The notes under the pieces are model-generated. The model saw nothing but the letters and a program-made list of their open reading frames with translations. It ran no database searches and was not told where the DNA came from. From a virus, in IMG/VR virus record IMGVR_UViG_3300030331_006276: DNA of 64,000 nucleotides. One strand, written 5' to 3'. A program made the translations under genes and the position numbers. Each line of letters starts with the position of its first letter. The first letter of the stretch is position 1. Of the stretch, positions 9,669 to 19,173 are shown one piece after another.

Positions 9669-11612
9669 GTGGCAGATGATATTATACCCATACAGCAAGC
9701 TTTAGAAGCGTTAACTGCTATGCAGCGTGCAGAAGGTCAAGCTGCACAAGATTACGATGCTGTTAATAACATTGGTAAGAATGTTAATAATTCTTCTCTT
9801 TTTGGCGTTAAGAAAAAGGAAACAGTAAAAGCATCTTTAACATCAGCAGAAAGAGGCAGACTTAAAAATAGCACAGCTATAGTTATTGCAGAATTTTTCA
9901 AATTAAAAAGTAGGTATGAAAAAGATACAAAACCTGATACTGTTATAAAGAGAAAACAAGCTGATGCTAAAAAAAGCACAGATCTTATGATGGGAAAAGG
10001 TGAAGGTGAAAGAGATGGTCAAAGTATTCTGGATTATATATCTGGTCTAATGGGATTGTTTGGTATTGGTGGTGCACTAGGTCGTCGTGGTTTATTAAAA
10101 ATGCTTGGTGATTGGATCTGGAAGGGTATAAAATTTGGTGGTGATAAAATTTGGCAAGGATTAAAAAATGTAGGATCAGCGGCGTGGACTGCTATCAAAG
10201 CAGGATTTACTGGTGTAGGTAATTTCTTTAAAAATTTATATACTGGATTTAGAAATTCATCTTTCTGGAAAGGTTTTACGGGTGCTATTAATAGCGGCTT
10301 AGCATCTGCTAAAAACTTTATAATGTCTGCAAAAAATGCACTTGCAAGTGCATTATCTGCTGTAGGTACTGCTACAAAAAATGCTCTCTCTGCAGCTGTA
10401 GCAGCACGACCTCCAAGACGACCAACACCAGCAAGAAGATCGCCGCCGAAGTCGAAGGGCCTTTTTGGAAAAATTGGTGATTTTGCTGGCAAGGCTCTTA
10501 AAAGTGGTGGGGAGTTAATTGGTTCAGGTGCAAAATTTGTTGCTGATAAAGCTGTACAAGCTAAAGACTTTACTGTTAAAACTGTAGCTAAGGGTAAAGA
10601 TATTGTAGTTAAAGGAGCTAAGCTTGTTGGTGAGAAAGCTCTGCAGCCTGTCATGATGGTGATAAGAAAAGGATTTGAAAGTGTTATTGGTAAAGGAGGG
10701 GCAAATATAGCAAGATTTCTAGGAGGTACAGCTAGAAGAATTCCTATCATTGGACCAGCTATTGAAGGATTGTTTACAGCTGCTGATATAAAAAAGCTAA
10801 AAAAGAGACATTTAGAAGACCCAACTGGATTTTCTGCTAGTCAATTAAATGAAGCTGCTGGGCGAAGAGCTATAAAAGGTATTACAGCGGCAATTGGTGC
10901 AGCAGGTGGTGCATTCTTAGGTGGTGTAGCTGGTGCAGCTTCTGGTCCATTTGCTTTCTTAGGCACACCTATAGGAGCATTTTTAGGAGGGGTTAGTGGA
11001 GATCTCTTAGGTCGCTTTATTGGTGATTTGCTTAGCACATATATAGTACCAGATTCTGCAAAACTATCAATTGGTAGATTATTTACAGGCGTTGAGGATA
11101 GGAAAATGCCTACAGAATTACAAGACTTTATTATCCAACGTGGAGTTGTTACTCCGTTTAGCGAAAAAGATGTTGTTATGGGTATGAAGCCGGGCGGAGC
11201 TATTGGCGAGTTTCTTGGTGAAACTGGTAATAGTATAAAAAATTTAATAAACGAAGTAAGACAACCAAAACGTCATACTACTGTTAGTCAAATATTTAGT
11301 GACCCATTTTTAACAGCAAATGGAAATTCAAAAGCTTTAACACTTAGTAACGCTTTAGGAAGATTACAAGTAAAAGCAATTGGTGTATCAAACAACCATT
11401 TAGCCCAACTTGTACAACTTACCCAATTATTAGTCAAAAAGCCAGCCGGGGGTAGTGTTGGCGGTTCAGGTAATACTATACTCAATGTATCACAGCCATC
11501 AGATTCTATACCCGGAACGCAAGGAGATCCAACAGGTCCAGAATTTGCTGATAGTCGAACTGAGTTTTATAATTCCGCTTATAGTATGCATACACCCGGT
11601 ACTCTGACATAA
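9669..11612 (+). CDS. Tape measure protein (gp29-like)
   Basis: 647 aa, Ala/Gly/Lys-rich amphipathic helical repeats, RRIPIIG and GAAGGAFLGG segments; follows the hub assembly genes. Confidence 0.7.
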   Translation: MADDIIPIQQALEALTAMQRAEGQAAQDYDAVNNIGKNVNNSSLFGVKKKETVKASLTSAERGRLKNSTAIVIAEFFKLKSRYEKDTKPDTVIKRKQADAKKSTDLMMGKGEGERDGQSILDYISGLMGLFGIGGALGRRGLLKMLGDWIWKGIKFGGDKIWQGLKNVGSAAWTAIKAGFTGVGNFFKNLYTGFRNSSFWKGFTGAINSGLASAKNFIMSAKNALASALSAVGTATKNALSAAVAARPPRRPTPARRSPPKSKGLFGKIGDFAGKALKSGGELIGSGAKFVADKAVQAKDFTVKTVAKGKDIVVKGAKLVGEKALQPVMMVIRKGFESVIGKGGANIARFLGGTARRIPIIGPAIEGLFTAADIKKLKKRHLEDPTGFSASQLNEAAGRRAIKGITAAIGAAGGAFLGGVAGAASGPFAFLGTPIGAFLGGVSGDLLGRFIGDLLSTYIVPDSAKLSIGRLFTGVEDRKMPTELQDFIIQRGVVTPFSEKDVVMGMKPGGAIGEFLGETGNSIKNLINEVRQPKRHTTVSQIFSDPFLTANGNSKALTLSNALGRLQVKAIGVSNNHLAQLVQLTQLLVKKPAGGSVGGSGNTILNVSQPSDSIPGTQGDPTGPEFADSRTEFYNSAYSMHTPGTLT

Positions 11613-11620
11613 ATATTATT

Positions 11621-12748
11621 ATGCCGGTTGATTCGGATATAGTTAGAAATTATGACTGGACCTCTGTTCCAAGAAACTCAGCTTTGAGGGAAGAGGCGCC
11701 AGTAGCTATATGTACGGCGCATACACTTAATAGTAATCAATTGCAACAATTTGTTCAAGGTTATATGAATACTGTTCGATTCACGGATACAGTTGGTGAT
11801 GATGGTATTGCTTTTTATAAAGGTCTTTATCAAGGAGGAGAAATAATTGATACATTCTTTTTTCCTTTTTTTACAGATGATTTTCGAGCATTTAGTAATG
11901 AATATTCTGATTCCTTTTCCCCTATAAGTCAGCGAGGAGCGCGTATGGTAGGTGCAGAAATAATTGAAAACTTGGCTGGTGCAGGAGAAAAATTAATCGG
12001 TGGTGGAGCTGCTTTAGGAAAAGGTCTTTTATCTGTTGGTGCTGGTTTAGTTGAAGGTGTAAAATCTTTAAGTGATACAACAGCTGATCAGACTATGATT
12101 GGGGGGATGGGTAGGCTTGGATCATTTTTAAATGACCTAGGTAGTAAAGCAGCAACTATGCAAGGTCAAATGGCAGGTACAAAATCGATAGGTGCACCTG
12201 GATCATTTATTGAAACGCCAAAATTCTATCAATATGCTAACACTGATCAAGGGTTACAAATATCATTTGCTTTATCTAATACATTAAATGATGACGCACC
12301 TCTAAAAAATGCTGAGTTTATAAAAGAGTTTACTATTATAAATAGACCTAGACGAGAAGGACCGTTAGGTATGACCTTCCCAGCAATCTATCATATTGAA
12401 GTACCTGGATTAAGATATATAGAATGGGCTTACTTAGAAAATTTTGGCATATCAATGTTAGGTCAAAGAAGAAAAATTAACGATGTTATAATTCCTGAAG
12501 CTTATATTATAACATTAAACTTTATATCATTAACAATTGAGCCGGCTAACTTTATGAAATTTGTACAAACACCAAGTCAAAGTGGAGTTGAGTATGAACG
12601 TGAAAGGGCTGCAGCTTTAGGTCAACTGAGAGAGCAGTTTGAGACAGGTGAGAATTTTGTAGGACCACCATCAAATTTCTCACCTCAAACTTTAGCTAAT
12701 GAAAATTCCCAATTATTAAGACAAAGAAATGAAAGGTTTGGAAGATAA
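11621..12748 (+). CDS. Baseplate tail-tube cap (gp48-like)
   Basis: Between tape measure and gp53; FPAIYHIEVPG...YLENFGISM tube-like C-terminal domain. Confidence 0.5.
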   Translation: MPVDSDIVRNYDWTSVPRNSALREEAPVAICTAHTLNSNQLQQFVQGYMNTVRFTDTVGDDGIAFYKGLYQGGEIIDTFFFPFFTDDFRAFSNEYSDSFSPISQRGARMVGAEIIENLAGAGEKLIGGGAALGKGLLSVGAGLVEGVKSLSDTTADQTMIGGMGRLGSFLNDLGSKAATMQGQMAGTKSIGAPGSFIETPKFYQYANTDQGLQISFALSNTLNDDAPLKNAEFIKEFTIINRPRREGPLGMTFPAIYHIEVPGLRYIEWAYLENFGISMLGQRRKINDVIIPEAYIITLNFISLTIEPANFMKFVQTPSQSGVEYERERAAALGQLREQFETGENFVGPPSNFSPQTLANENSQLLRQRNERFGR

Positions 12749-13155
12749 TGAGTTTAACAGGTACAACAGGTAAATATCAAAACCAAATTGAGGAGCTAGA
12801 AACCCTTCCTGTTTCTCGTTATGAAAGGATATTTCGTATATTTACAGAGAGTAAGCAAGGGAAAGAATTTTATTTTTATAACATACTAAATAAGATAGAG
12901 TTTCCAGATAATATAGATCCAGATTTACTTGATACGCATATTGTTAAATCACGTGAACCTCTTACAACAACATCATTTAATTTATATGGCGATATCGATA
13001 GTTGGTGGATAATATACTTATTAAACAAACCTCTTCTTAATAATTTATTTTATGCTGAAGGTGGGATGCAATTAAAATTTATTAAGAAAAACGAAAGAGG
13101 TTTAATCTATCAACAAATTACGGAAACTACTGTTTTTAGTGACAGGCACTTTTAA
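12748..13155 (+). CDS. gp53: Baseplate wedge subunit (gp53-like, LysM-related)
   Basis: REPLTTTSFNLYGDIDSWWIIYLLN matches the gp53 YG...WWII..N motif. Confidence 0.75.
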   Translation: MSLTGTTGKYQNQIEELETLPVSRYERIFRIFTESKQGKEFYFYNILNKIEFPDNIDPDLLDTHIVKSREPLTTTSFNLYGDIDSWWIIYLLNKPLLNNLFYAEGGMQLKFIKKNERGLIYQQITETTVFSDRHF

Positions 13156-14546
13156 TGAAACCAGGTAAAGACATTTATCCTATTAATGGAAGTGAGTTTT
13201 TCTGTAAATTTAATCTCACAGGACCGAGTATTGATCCAGACAAGCCAGGGGAAATTAACTTTACAAAAGCAGCAGTTCAAACATTTGAATTAGAGGAAAA
13301 CTTTTTTGAACCATTTGCTAATGCAAGTGTTACTGTTAATAATCCATTTGATTTTGTAGAGAATAATGTATTTACAAGAGGTGATGGTAGAGATACTTTT
13401 TCTATTACGTTGTTTAATAATCTAGATAAGAGACCAAAAGATGAAATAAAATTAGAATATGATTTTGTTATAGTTAACGAGAATAACAGTGTTTCAAAAA
13501 CTGATAGATCAAATAATTTTAAGACGTATACGTTAGTAGAAAAAAATTATTTTAAATTAAATGAGCAGATTCCATATGGAAAAAGGTATGGTGGTGGTGG
13601 TAGAGGTGGTACGGGAGTTGCTGTTGGTGATATGATAAAAGAAATTCTAGAAGATGTTCTTGAATCAGATATTGTAGATTTAGAAAATTGGGAGCCTGGT
13701 GATATGATAATAGATAACTTTCCAGAATATATAATACCTCCAAGAACATTTAGATATTCAGATTTAATTAGATATTTGTTAAGAATTTATTATTTCATTG
13801 ATGGTAATTTACCTTGTCAAGCAATGTTAACATTTGATAGAGTTAAGAAAAAGTATCAATTACGACCTATTAGTAAAATTTTTGGACAAAATTCTAAACT
13901 AACGCAAGAAGCTTTTGGTATTGGTGATTTAACTAATATAAAGAATGAAGGAACTGTTGGCAGTAATCCAATAGATGAAAAAGTTCCAGTAAATGAATAT
14001 ACTAATGCTTTAAAAAATACAAATTTTACAACACCTATGGTAACTTGGAGTAATGAATTTTTTACTAACTACACTATTTCAACTACTGATAGAGTATTAG
14101 GTACAGAAGTACAAGAGTTAATGACAATTAAAGATATAAAAGACGATTGGACAAAATCTTATGTAGATGTTTTTAAGTGTGTCGGTGGTAAACCAGAACC
14201 ATTTTTACCTATTAATCAAAGTAAAGCTGATATTTTTAAACCATTTGCTCTTCCGTTTAAGCCCGAACATGTTAGAAATATTGCAAAAGCTCAAATGGTA
14301 TCTAATTTAACATTTTATAATTTACAGCTAGCAATTGATAATATAGGAGATACAGCTAGAAAAGCTGGTAAATTTATAGATATTTTTAAGAGAAATAACG
14401 ATGAGGAAATTGTAGATAAGAAGCTATTAGGTAGATGGTTTGTTACGAAAGTAAGGCATTTATTTAATAGAGATAGATATTATAATGTAATATCTTGTAT
14501 TAAGACATGTGTCGGGCCAGGTCAAGAAATAAAAGATGTAAAATAA
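13155..14546 (+). CDS. Baseplate hub protein (gp27 / late-control-D-like)
   Basis: FELEENFFEPFANASVTV N-terminus; C-terminal GDTARKAGKFI...LGRWFVTKVRHLF typical of hub proteins. Confidence 0.6.
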   Translation: MKPGKDIYPINGSEFFCKFNLTGPSIDPDKPGEINFTKAAVQTFELEENFFEPFANASVTVNNPFDFVENNVFTRGDGRDTFSITLFNNLDKRPKDEIKLEYDFVIVNENNSVSKTDRSNNFKTYTLVEKNYFKLNEQIPYGKRYGGGGRGGTGVAVGDMIKEILEDVLESDIVDLENWEPGDMIIDNFPEYIIPPRTFRYSDLIRYLLRIYYFIDGNLPCQAMLTFDRVKKKYQLRPISKIFGQNSKLTQEAFGIGDLTNIKNEGTVGSNPIDEKVPVNEYTNALKNTNFTTPMVTWSNEFFTNYTISTTDRVLGTEVQELMTIKDIKDDWTKSYVDVFKCVGGKPEPFLPINQSKADIFKPFALPFKPEHVRNIAKAQMVSNLTFYNLQLAIDNIGDTARKAGKFIDIFKRNNDEEIVDKKLLGRWFVTKVRHLFNRDRYYNVISCIKTCVGPGQEIKDVK

Positions 14547-14550
14547 TAAA

Positions 14551-15867
14551 ATGGCTATTTGTAATAAAAGTGTTGAAACATTAAGAGCTTTAGAACTTAC
14601 TAAAGATCAATTTACATCTATAATAGAAACAGATTGTAAAGATCAAGATAGAGGTCCAATTCTCGGCTATACGTTTTCAGAAAAAGATAAAGAGCTTTGC
14701 GAATCATTTAAAAAGGTATATCAGCTAGGCTTTAATCAGTTACGTATTTTTGTTGACGATCTTATAAAAGGTAATCCTGAAATAGATGAACAAGCAGCAT
14801 TATATTATATAAGATTACTATATAATGGACCATTTACAAATCAAGTAGCAGTATACGCACAAAATCCATATAGAGGATTAGGAAGAGAACAAAATTGCTT
14901 TTTTCCTTCGCCTGATATTATGGCTTGTTTAGCTAATACCGTACAGCAAAATGCTGGGGTATCTGCATATTATGGTTCATCTAGTGACATATCAACAAAT
15001 TTAACTAAAAAGACACCAGCGTTTATAAGAAGAAATCTTAATACTTGTCAAAGAACATGTTCAGATGTGTTTAATTATAATTCAGAAAGCGCTATATATA
15101 GTGATAACACTTTACCGTATATTGATAAACGTACAGTAGAGCGAGTTAATAGTGAATATCTAGGTGAATATGCATCATCTACAATTGCTGTTGGTAATCT
15201 AATGCTTAAAGATATAAAGTTTAGTAACGTGCTCCGTGGTATTGCCGACTCAATAATACAGTTAGTAGAAAGTTATCTTGGTCCTGATGCATTTAGATTG
15301 TTTAATTATAAAAGAGATATAAACTTTTTTGATCCAGAACAAAATATTTCAAAAACAGAAAATGGTAAAGTCTGTAAGTCATTTCTAATATTAAAGAAAG
15401 CATTTGATGAGCAAGGAAATGAATATATTGATGAAGAGTGTGTTGAAGTATGCTGTAGTTGTTGTTGTGGTCCTTCCGTGCCTGATTTTGGTTTAACTAT
15501 ATCTACTGCATCAGGGTCTTTCGATTTATATACTGTAGCTGGTCAAGGAGGTAGTGGAAATAATCCAAAAGAAAATAAAAATATTGGTGGTACACAATTG
15601 ACGCCACCAGAAACAGCAATTGATCGACTTGGTACTTTCCCTGGAGTTTTAAATGTAACTACTTTTACAAATCCACAGAGCGCCTCTAATAAAACATTAG
15701 AAATAACTAATGGTGCTTTATCAGGGTCACATTCTCATCCAACAAGTACTGGTGGTACTGTATGGATGCCTTTCCCTACAATGGAAGAGTTTGAAGATTA
15801 TCTAGCGCAACTTAAAGAAAGAGATATATGCGCTGATGAAGAAGGATGTAATTCTCTTAATTTTTAA
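14551..15867 (+). CDS. Hypothetical tail-associated protein with a Cys cluster, at the position where a gp5 spike would be expected
   Basis: 438-aa ORF coupled to the hub gene; CCSCCC motif; C-terminal SGSHSH...VWMPF module. Confidence 0.45.
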   Translation: MAICNKSVETLRALELTKDQFTSIIETDCKDQDRGPILGYTFSEKDKELCESFKKVYQLGFNQLRIFVDDLIKGNPEIDEQAALYYIRLLYNGPFTNQVAVYAQNPYRGLGREQNCFFPSPDIMACLANTVQQNAGVSAYYGSSSDISTNLTKKTPAFIRRNLNTCQRTCSDVFNYNSESAIYSDNTLPYIDKRTVERVNSEYLGEYASSTIAVGNLMLKDIKFSNVLRGIADSIIQLVESYLGPDAFRLFNYKRDINFFDPEQNISKTENGKVCKSFLILKKAFDEQGNEYIDEECVEVCCSCCCGPSVPDFGLTISTASGSFDLYTVAGQGGSGNNPKENKNIGGTQLTPPETAIDRLGTFPGVLNVTTFTNPQSASNKTLEITNGALSGSHSHPTSTGGTVWMPFPTMEEFEDYLAQLKERDICADEEGCNSLNF

Positions 15868-16310
15868 ACATCAATAACATCATCATCTTTTTCAACTAAA
15901 GCTTTCATTATATCGTCACGTGATAATAACATTTTAGTTTGATTATCAGCCATAGTTATTCTTTCTTTAGATTCAACATCCATACGCTTTACTTCTTTTT
16001 GAGTATCGTTTCTTTCATTTGAACTATGGAGCTTTTGTAAAGTATCTATTGAACCGGCAGTTGCTTTAATAACTTCAGCTAAAGCAGCTACATCTCTATT
16101 TTCCGGAGCTGATGAAATATAATCATTGACGTTATCGACAATCTCGAGAGATTTAGTAACTAATTTTCCTGAAGATTTTAAGATAAATTCTTCTAAGTTA
16201 TCTCTATCAATAGAGATTTCTTCATTTTGAAATGATTGTACAGTTTTCTTATTGCCCTTTATTTGAGCAATAATATCGTTAACTGCTTCATCTAGCTCGT
16301 CTTCAGCCAT
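15864..16310 (-). CDS. gp16: Terminase small subunit (gp16-like)
   Basis: Helical pattern LEIVDNV...PENRDVAALAEVIKATAGSIDTLQKL resembles marine T4-like gp16 (HPRAYEVAGQLIK...DKL); late box upstream. Confidence 0.65.
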   Translation of the reverse strand: MAEDELDEAVNDIIAQIKGNKKTVQSFQNEEISIDRDNLEEFILKSSGKLVTKSLEIVDNVNDYISSAPENRDVAALAEVIKATAGSIDTLQKLHSSNERNDTQKEVKRMDVESKERITMADNQTKMLLSRDDIMKALVEKDDDVIDV

Positions 16311-16332
16311 TACACATATATTTAATCTACTC

Positions 16333-16360
16333 TTGAATTTTCTACAACATATATTATCAT
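16333..16360 (+). promoter_or_regulatory. Sigma70-type early promoter
   Basis: TTGAAT-N16-TATCAT, 7 nt before the dUTPase ATG. Confidence 0.6.
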
Positions 16361-16367
16361 TAGGTAT

Positions 16368-16790
16368 ATGATATTGAAATTTAAGAAGCTTACTGATAAT
16401 GCAGTTTTACCTTCTAAAAACCATAAGGATGATACTGGATTAGATGTAACGTGTGTAGAAGATAAAGTTATTCCTGCTAAGGGATCTGCTGTAATTGATG
16501 TAGGTTTAAAGTTTGCTTATATTGAACCTGGTTTTTGGGTAAGAATAGAAGGTAGATCAGGTTTAGGATTTAAGCATGGCATTTTACCTCACCCTGGTAT
16601 TATTGATAGTGGATATAGAGGTAGTGCTGGAATTAAGCTTTATAACTTAACTAATACTGATTATGAAATTAAAGCTGGTGATAGAATTGCACAGTTTGTA
16701 GTTTATAATAATCATGAAGTTAAAGTTATTGAAGGTGAAATTGAAAATTCTCTTCGTGGTGAAAAAGGCTTTGGTTCATCTGGTAAATAA
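16368..16790 (+). CDS. dut: dUTPase (trimeric)
   Basis: Motifs GLD, GRSG, PGIIDSGYRG, GDRIAQ, RGEKGFGSSG. Confidence 0.95.
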   Translation: MILKFKKLTDNAVLPSKNHKDDTGLDVTCVEDKVIPAKGSAVIDVGLKFAYIEPGFWVRIEGRSGLGFKHGILPHPGIIDSGYRGSAGIKLYNLTNTDYEIKAGDRIAQFVVYNNHEVKVIEGEIENSLRGEKGFGSSGK

Positions 16791-16792
16791 TT

Positions 16793-17713
16793 ATGATTGA
16801 TTTTGATAAAATTTGGGTTGAAAAGTATCGACCGAAGACGCTAAATGATGTTATCTTAGATGAAGAGACATTAAGAGTAGTTAAAGAGTATAAGAATGAA
16901 ATTCCTAATCTTCTTTTTGTTGGTAATCCTGGTACTGGCAAAACCACCCTTGCTAGAGTTATTGTTAACGATATACTCGGATGTAATTATCTTTATATTA
17001 ATGCTTCTGATGAGTCTGGTATCGATACTATTCGACATAATATCACTAATTTTGCTCAAACTAAATCTTTTGACGGTGGCATTAAAGTAGTAATTTTAGA
17101 TGAAGGTGATGGATTAACTGCTCAAGCGCAAGCTGCGTTGCGTAATACTATGGAAACATTTGCTAAGTATTGCAGATTTATTATTACTGCTAACTATAAG
17201 CATAAAATTATTCCTGCCTTGCAGTCTAGATGTCAGTCACTAACTATTAAGCCGGTTGTTGAACTAGCAGTTAAAAGATGTTATCTTATTCTTAAAAATG
17301 AAAACGTTAATGTACCTGAAGAACAAAAGAAAAAATTTGTACAACTCGTCAAGCGTCACTTCCCCGATCTTCGGAAAACGATCAACGAACTCCAGAAAAA
17401 CGTTATTGATTCAGAGCTGTGTATTACTAGCATTGTTAGTGATAGCGAGTTGCTCGAAACAATCTACAGAAAAATAAGTTCTAAAAAATGCCTTGAGGCG
17501 AGGAGATACTTGATAGAAAATGAAGATAGGTTTCAAGGTGATTATGATACTTTACTAAGTAACTACTTAAACTTTATCTACTCTGCAAATATTGACGATA
17601 TTAAAAAGAAAGAGATGATTGCTATTATCGCAGATCATCTCTATAAAAGTGCGTTTGTTGTAGATAAAGAAATTAACGCCTTTGCGTGTCTAGTAAATCT
17701 AGAAAAAGTTTAA
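16793..17713 (+). CDS. gp44: Clamp loader large subunit (gp44 / RFC-like AAA+)
   Basis: WVEKYRP, GNPGTGKTT, INASDESGID, ILDEGD, SRC motif. Confidence 0.93.
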   Translation: MIDFDKIWVEKYRPKTLNDVILDEETLRVVKEYKNEIPNLLFVGNPGTGKTTLARVIVNDILGCNYLYINASDESGIDTIRHNITNFAQTKSFDGGIKVVILDEGDGLTAQAQAALRNTMETFAKYCRFIITANYKHKIIPALQSRCQSLTIKPVVELAVKRCYLILKNENVNVPEEQKKKFVQLVKRHFPDLRKTINELQKNVIDSELCITSIVSDSELLETIYRKISSKKCLEARRYLIENEDRFQGDYDTLLSNYLNFIYSANIDDIKKKEMIAIIADHLYKSAFVVDKEINAFACLVNLEKV

Positions 17714-18306
17714 GCTTTTTTAAGATCAGACAAATACTGATTTGTGTATGATGTTACAGCAGGAGATGGCGTTGCTGGGTCACTTGGAATATCAGTATTT
17801 TGCTTAGGTAAAGACCTTTCGGTTGGAGAAAGATCGTGGGGCTCGAGTCCGCCTCTATCAGTCCTATTTGCGCGCATCTCTTCGTCTTCTACATACTCTT
17901 CAGGCTTGATAGTTACAGTACTCTTTCTCTTAAGAGCGTCTGGTATAGGCAAAAGATTAGGCGCGTATTGTATAGCATGGCCCATCGTACCAGGTACAGT
18001 TACGTAGTGTGAATATCTTCCACCGCCCTCATCGAGAGCAAGATTTAAATTTACATGTAGGGAAGATTGTTGCGAGCTGGCCGGGAAGCGCGTCGGAGCA
18101 GTATCTTTTATTCCTGTAACTCTAATATGCAGACCTGAGTCTATCATTTTAGTAATAAGATCTTTTGTAGCTTTACCTAATGCTTTATAACATTCCATTG
18201 ATTGGTAATCATCATTAAACTTAAAAACGTCACCTACGAGAAAGCCTCCACGCTCATACCTTCTCATATACGATTCATGTAAACTTACAAACTTTTTTTC
18301 GGCCAT
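17710..18306 (-). CDS. Hypothetical late protein (start revised to MAEKKF)
   Basis: ATG at 18306 has a TAAATA box (18312-18317 on -) 5 nt upstream; the ORF-track start at 18330 lies upstream of that promoter. Confidence 0.6.
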   Translation of the reverse strand: MAEKKFVSLHESYMRRYERGGFLVGDVFKFNDDYQSMECYKALGKATKDLITKMIDSGLHIRVTGIKDTAPTRFPASSQQSSLHVNLNLALDEGGGRYSHYVTVPGTMGHAIQYAPNLLPIPDALKRKSTVTIKPEEYVEDEEMRANRTDRGGLEPHDLSPTERSLPKQNTDIPSDPATPSPAVTSYTNQYLSDLKKA

Positions 18307-18344
18307 AATATTATTTATGCCAGCTTGCAAAGAATCATACAGTT

Positions 18345-18629
18345 TTAGCTATCTTTAAGAAAGAAACGTAAAGTATGATAAGCTTGGAAGATTTCAATAT
18401 CTTCTTCATCTACTGGTCCTAAACTTTCTTTAAGTTGAAACGAATGAGAAGTATTAACATCTTTTTCTATAATCCAACGACTGTTTCCGTCATCGTGTAG
18501 TTCAGCCGTAACCTTGCCTTCATTAGGATGAGGAAGCTTTAGCTTTTTATGAACTTCTACTTCAAGAGTATTAAGAATATCTTTAAAAGAAACATCAACC
18601 TTTACATCAGCTTTACCAATTAACTCCAT
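18345..18629 (-). CDS. Hypothetical protein
   Basis: 94-aa ORF with a TATAAT box and GGAACT motif upstream. Confidence 0.55.
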   Translation of the reverse strand: MELIGKADVKVDVSFKDILNTLEVEVHKKLKLPHPNEGKVTAELHDDGNSRWIIEKDVNTSHSFQLKESLGPVDEEDIEIFQAYHTLRFFLKDS

Positions 18630-18682
18630 ACGTAATTATATTATAGTTCCTTAATCCTGATATGCTACATTAAATATTGTAA

Positions 18683-19171
18683 ATGGCTCTTATTAAGATA
18701 ACAGATGTTTCAGTAGATAAAGGCAGCGAAGCAGCCTTAAAGGAGGGATATCTATTTAAAGATCTTTTTTTAGATCTAACACCTGAAGTATACTACAACA
18801 AACAACTTAATAAAAATGTTATTTTAAAAGATGTACAGGGTTCATATGATTTAGATGCTATTAAAAATAGTATTATAAACATCTTTTTAACTTCACCGGG
18901 CCAGAAAATTTTAAATCCAGAATTTGGATTAGATTTAAGAAGATACTTATTTGAACCGGTTAATACCTCAACAGCATATAAGATTAAATATGATATTGAA
19001 GTATTATTACCTGGGCAAGAGCCACGAATTCAATTAGAAAATGTTACCGTGGATGCTATTACTGATGCACAAGAATATTATATTGCTATGCAAATAAATA
19101 TTCCATCACTAAATGCGTTCGGGATAACTCTTAAATCATTATTAAATAGTAACGGATATTACGTCTTATAA
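18683..19171 (+). CDS. gp25: Baseplate wedge subunit (gp25-like)
   Basis: AIKNSIINIFLTSPGQKILNPEFGLDLRRYLFEP...EPRI. Confidence 0.9.
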   Translation: MALIKITDVSVDKGSEAALKEGYLFKDLFLDLTPEVYYNKQLNKNVILKDVQGSYDLDAIKNSIINIFLTSPGQKILNPEFGLDLRRYLFEPVNTSTAYKIKYDIEVLLPGQEPRIQLENVTVDAITDAQEYYIAMQINIPSLNAFGITLKSLLNSNGYYVL

Positions 19172-19173
19172 CC

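Noticed and set aside
10034-11038. 238-aa and 65-aa minus-strand ORFs
   Set aside because: Antisense shadows of the Ala/Gly-rich tape measure gene; no promoter box and no motifs
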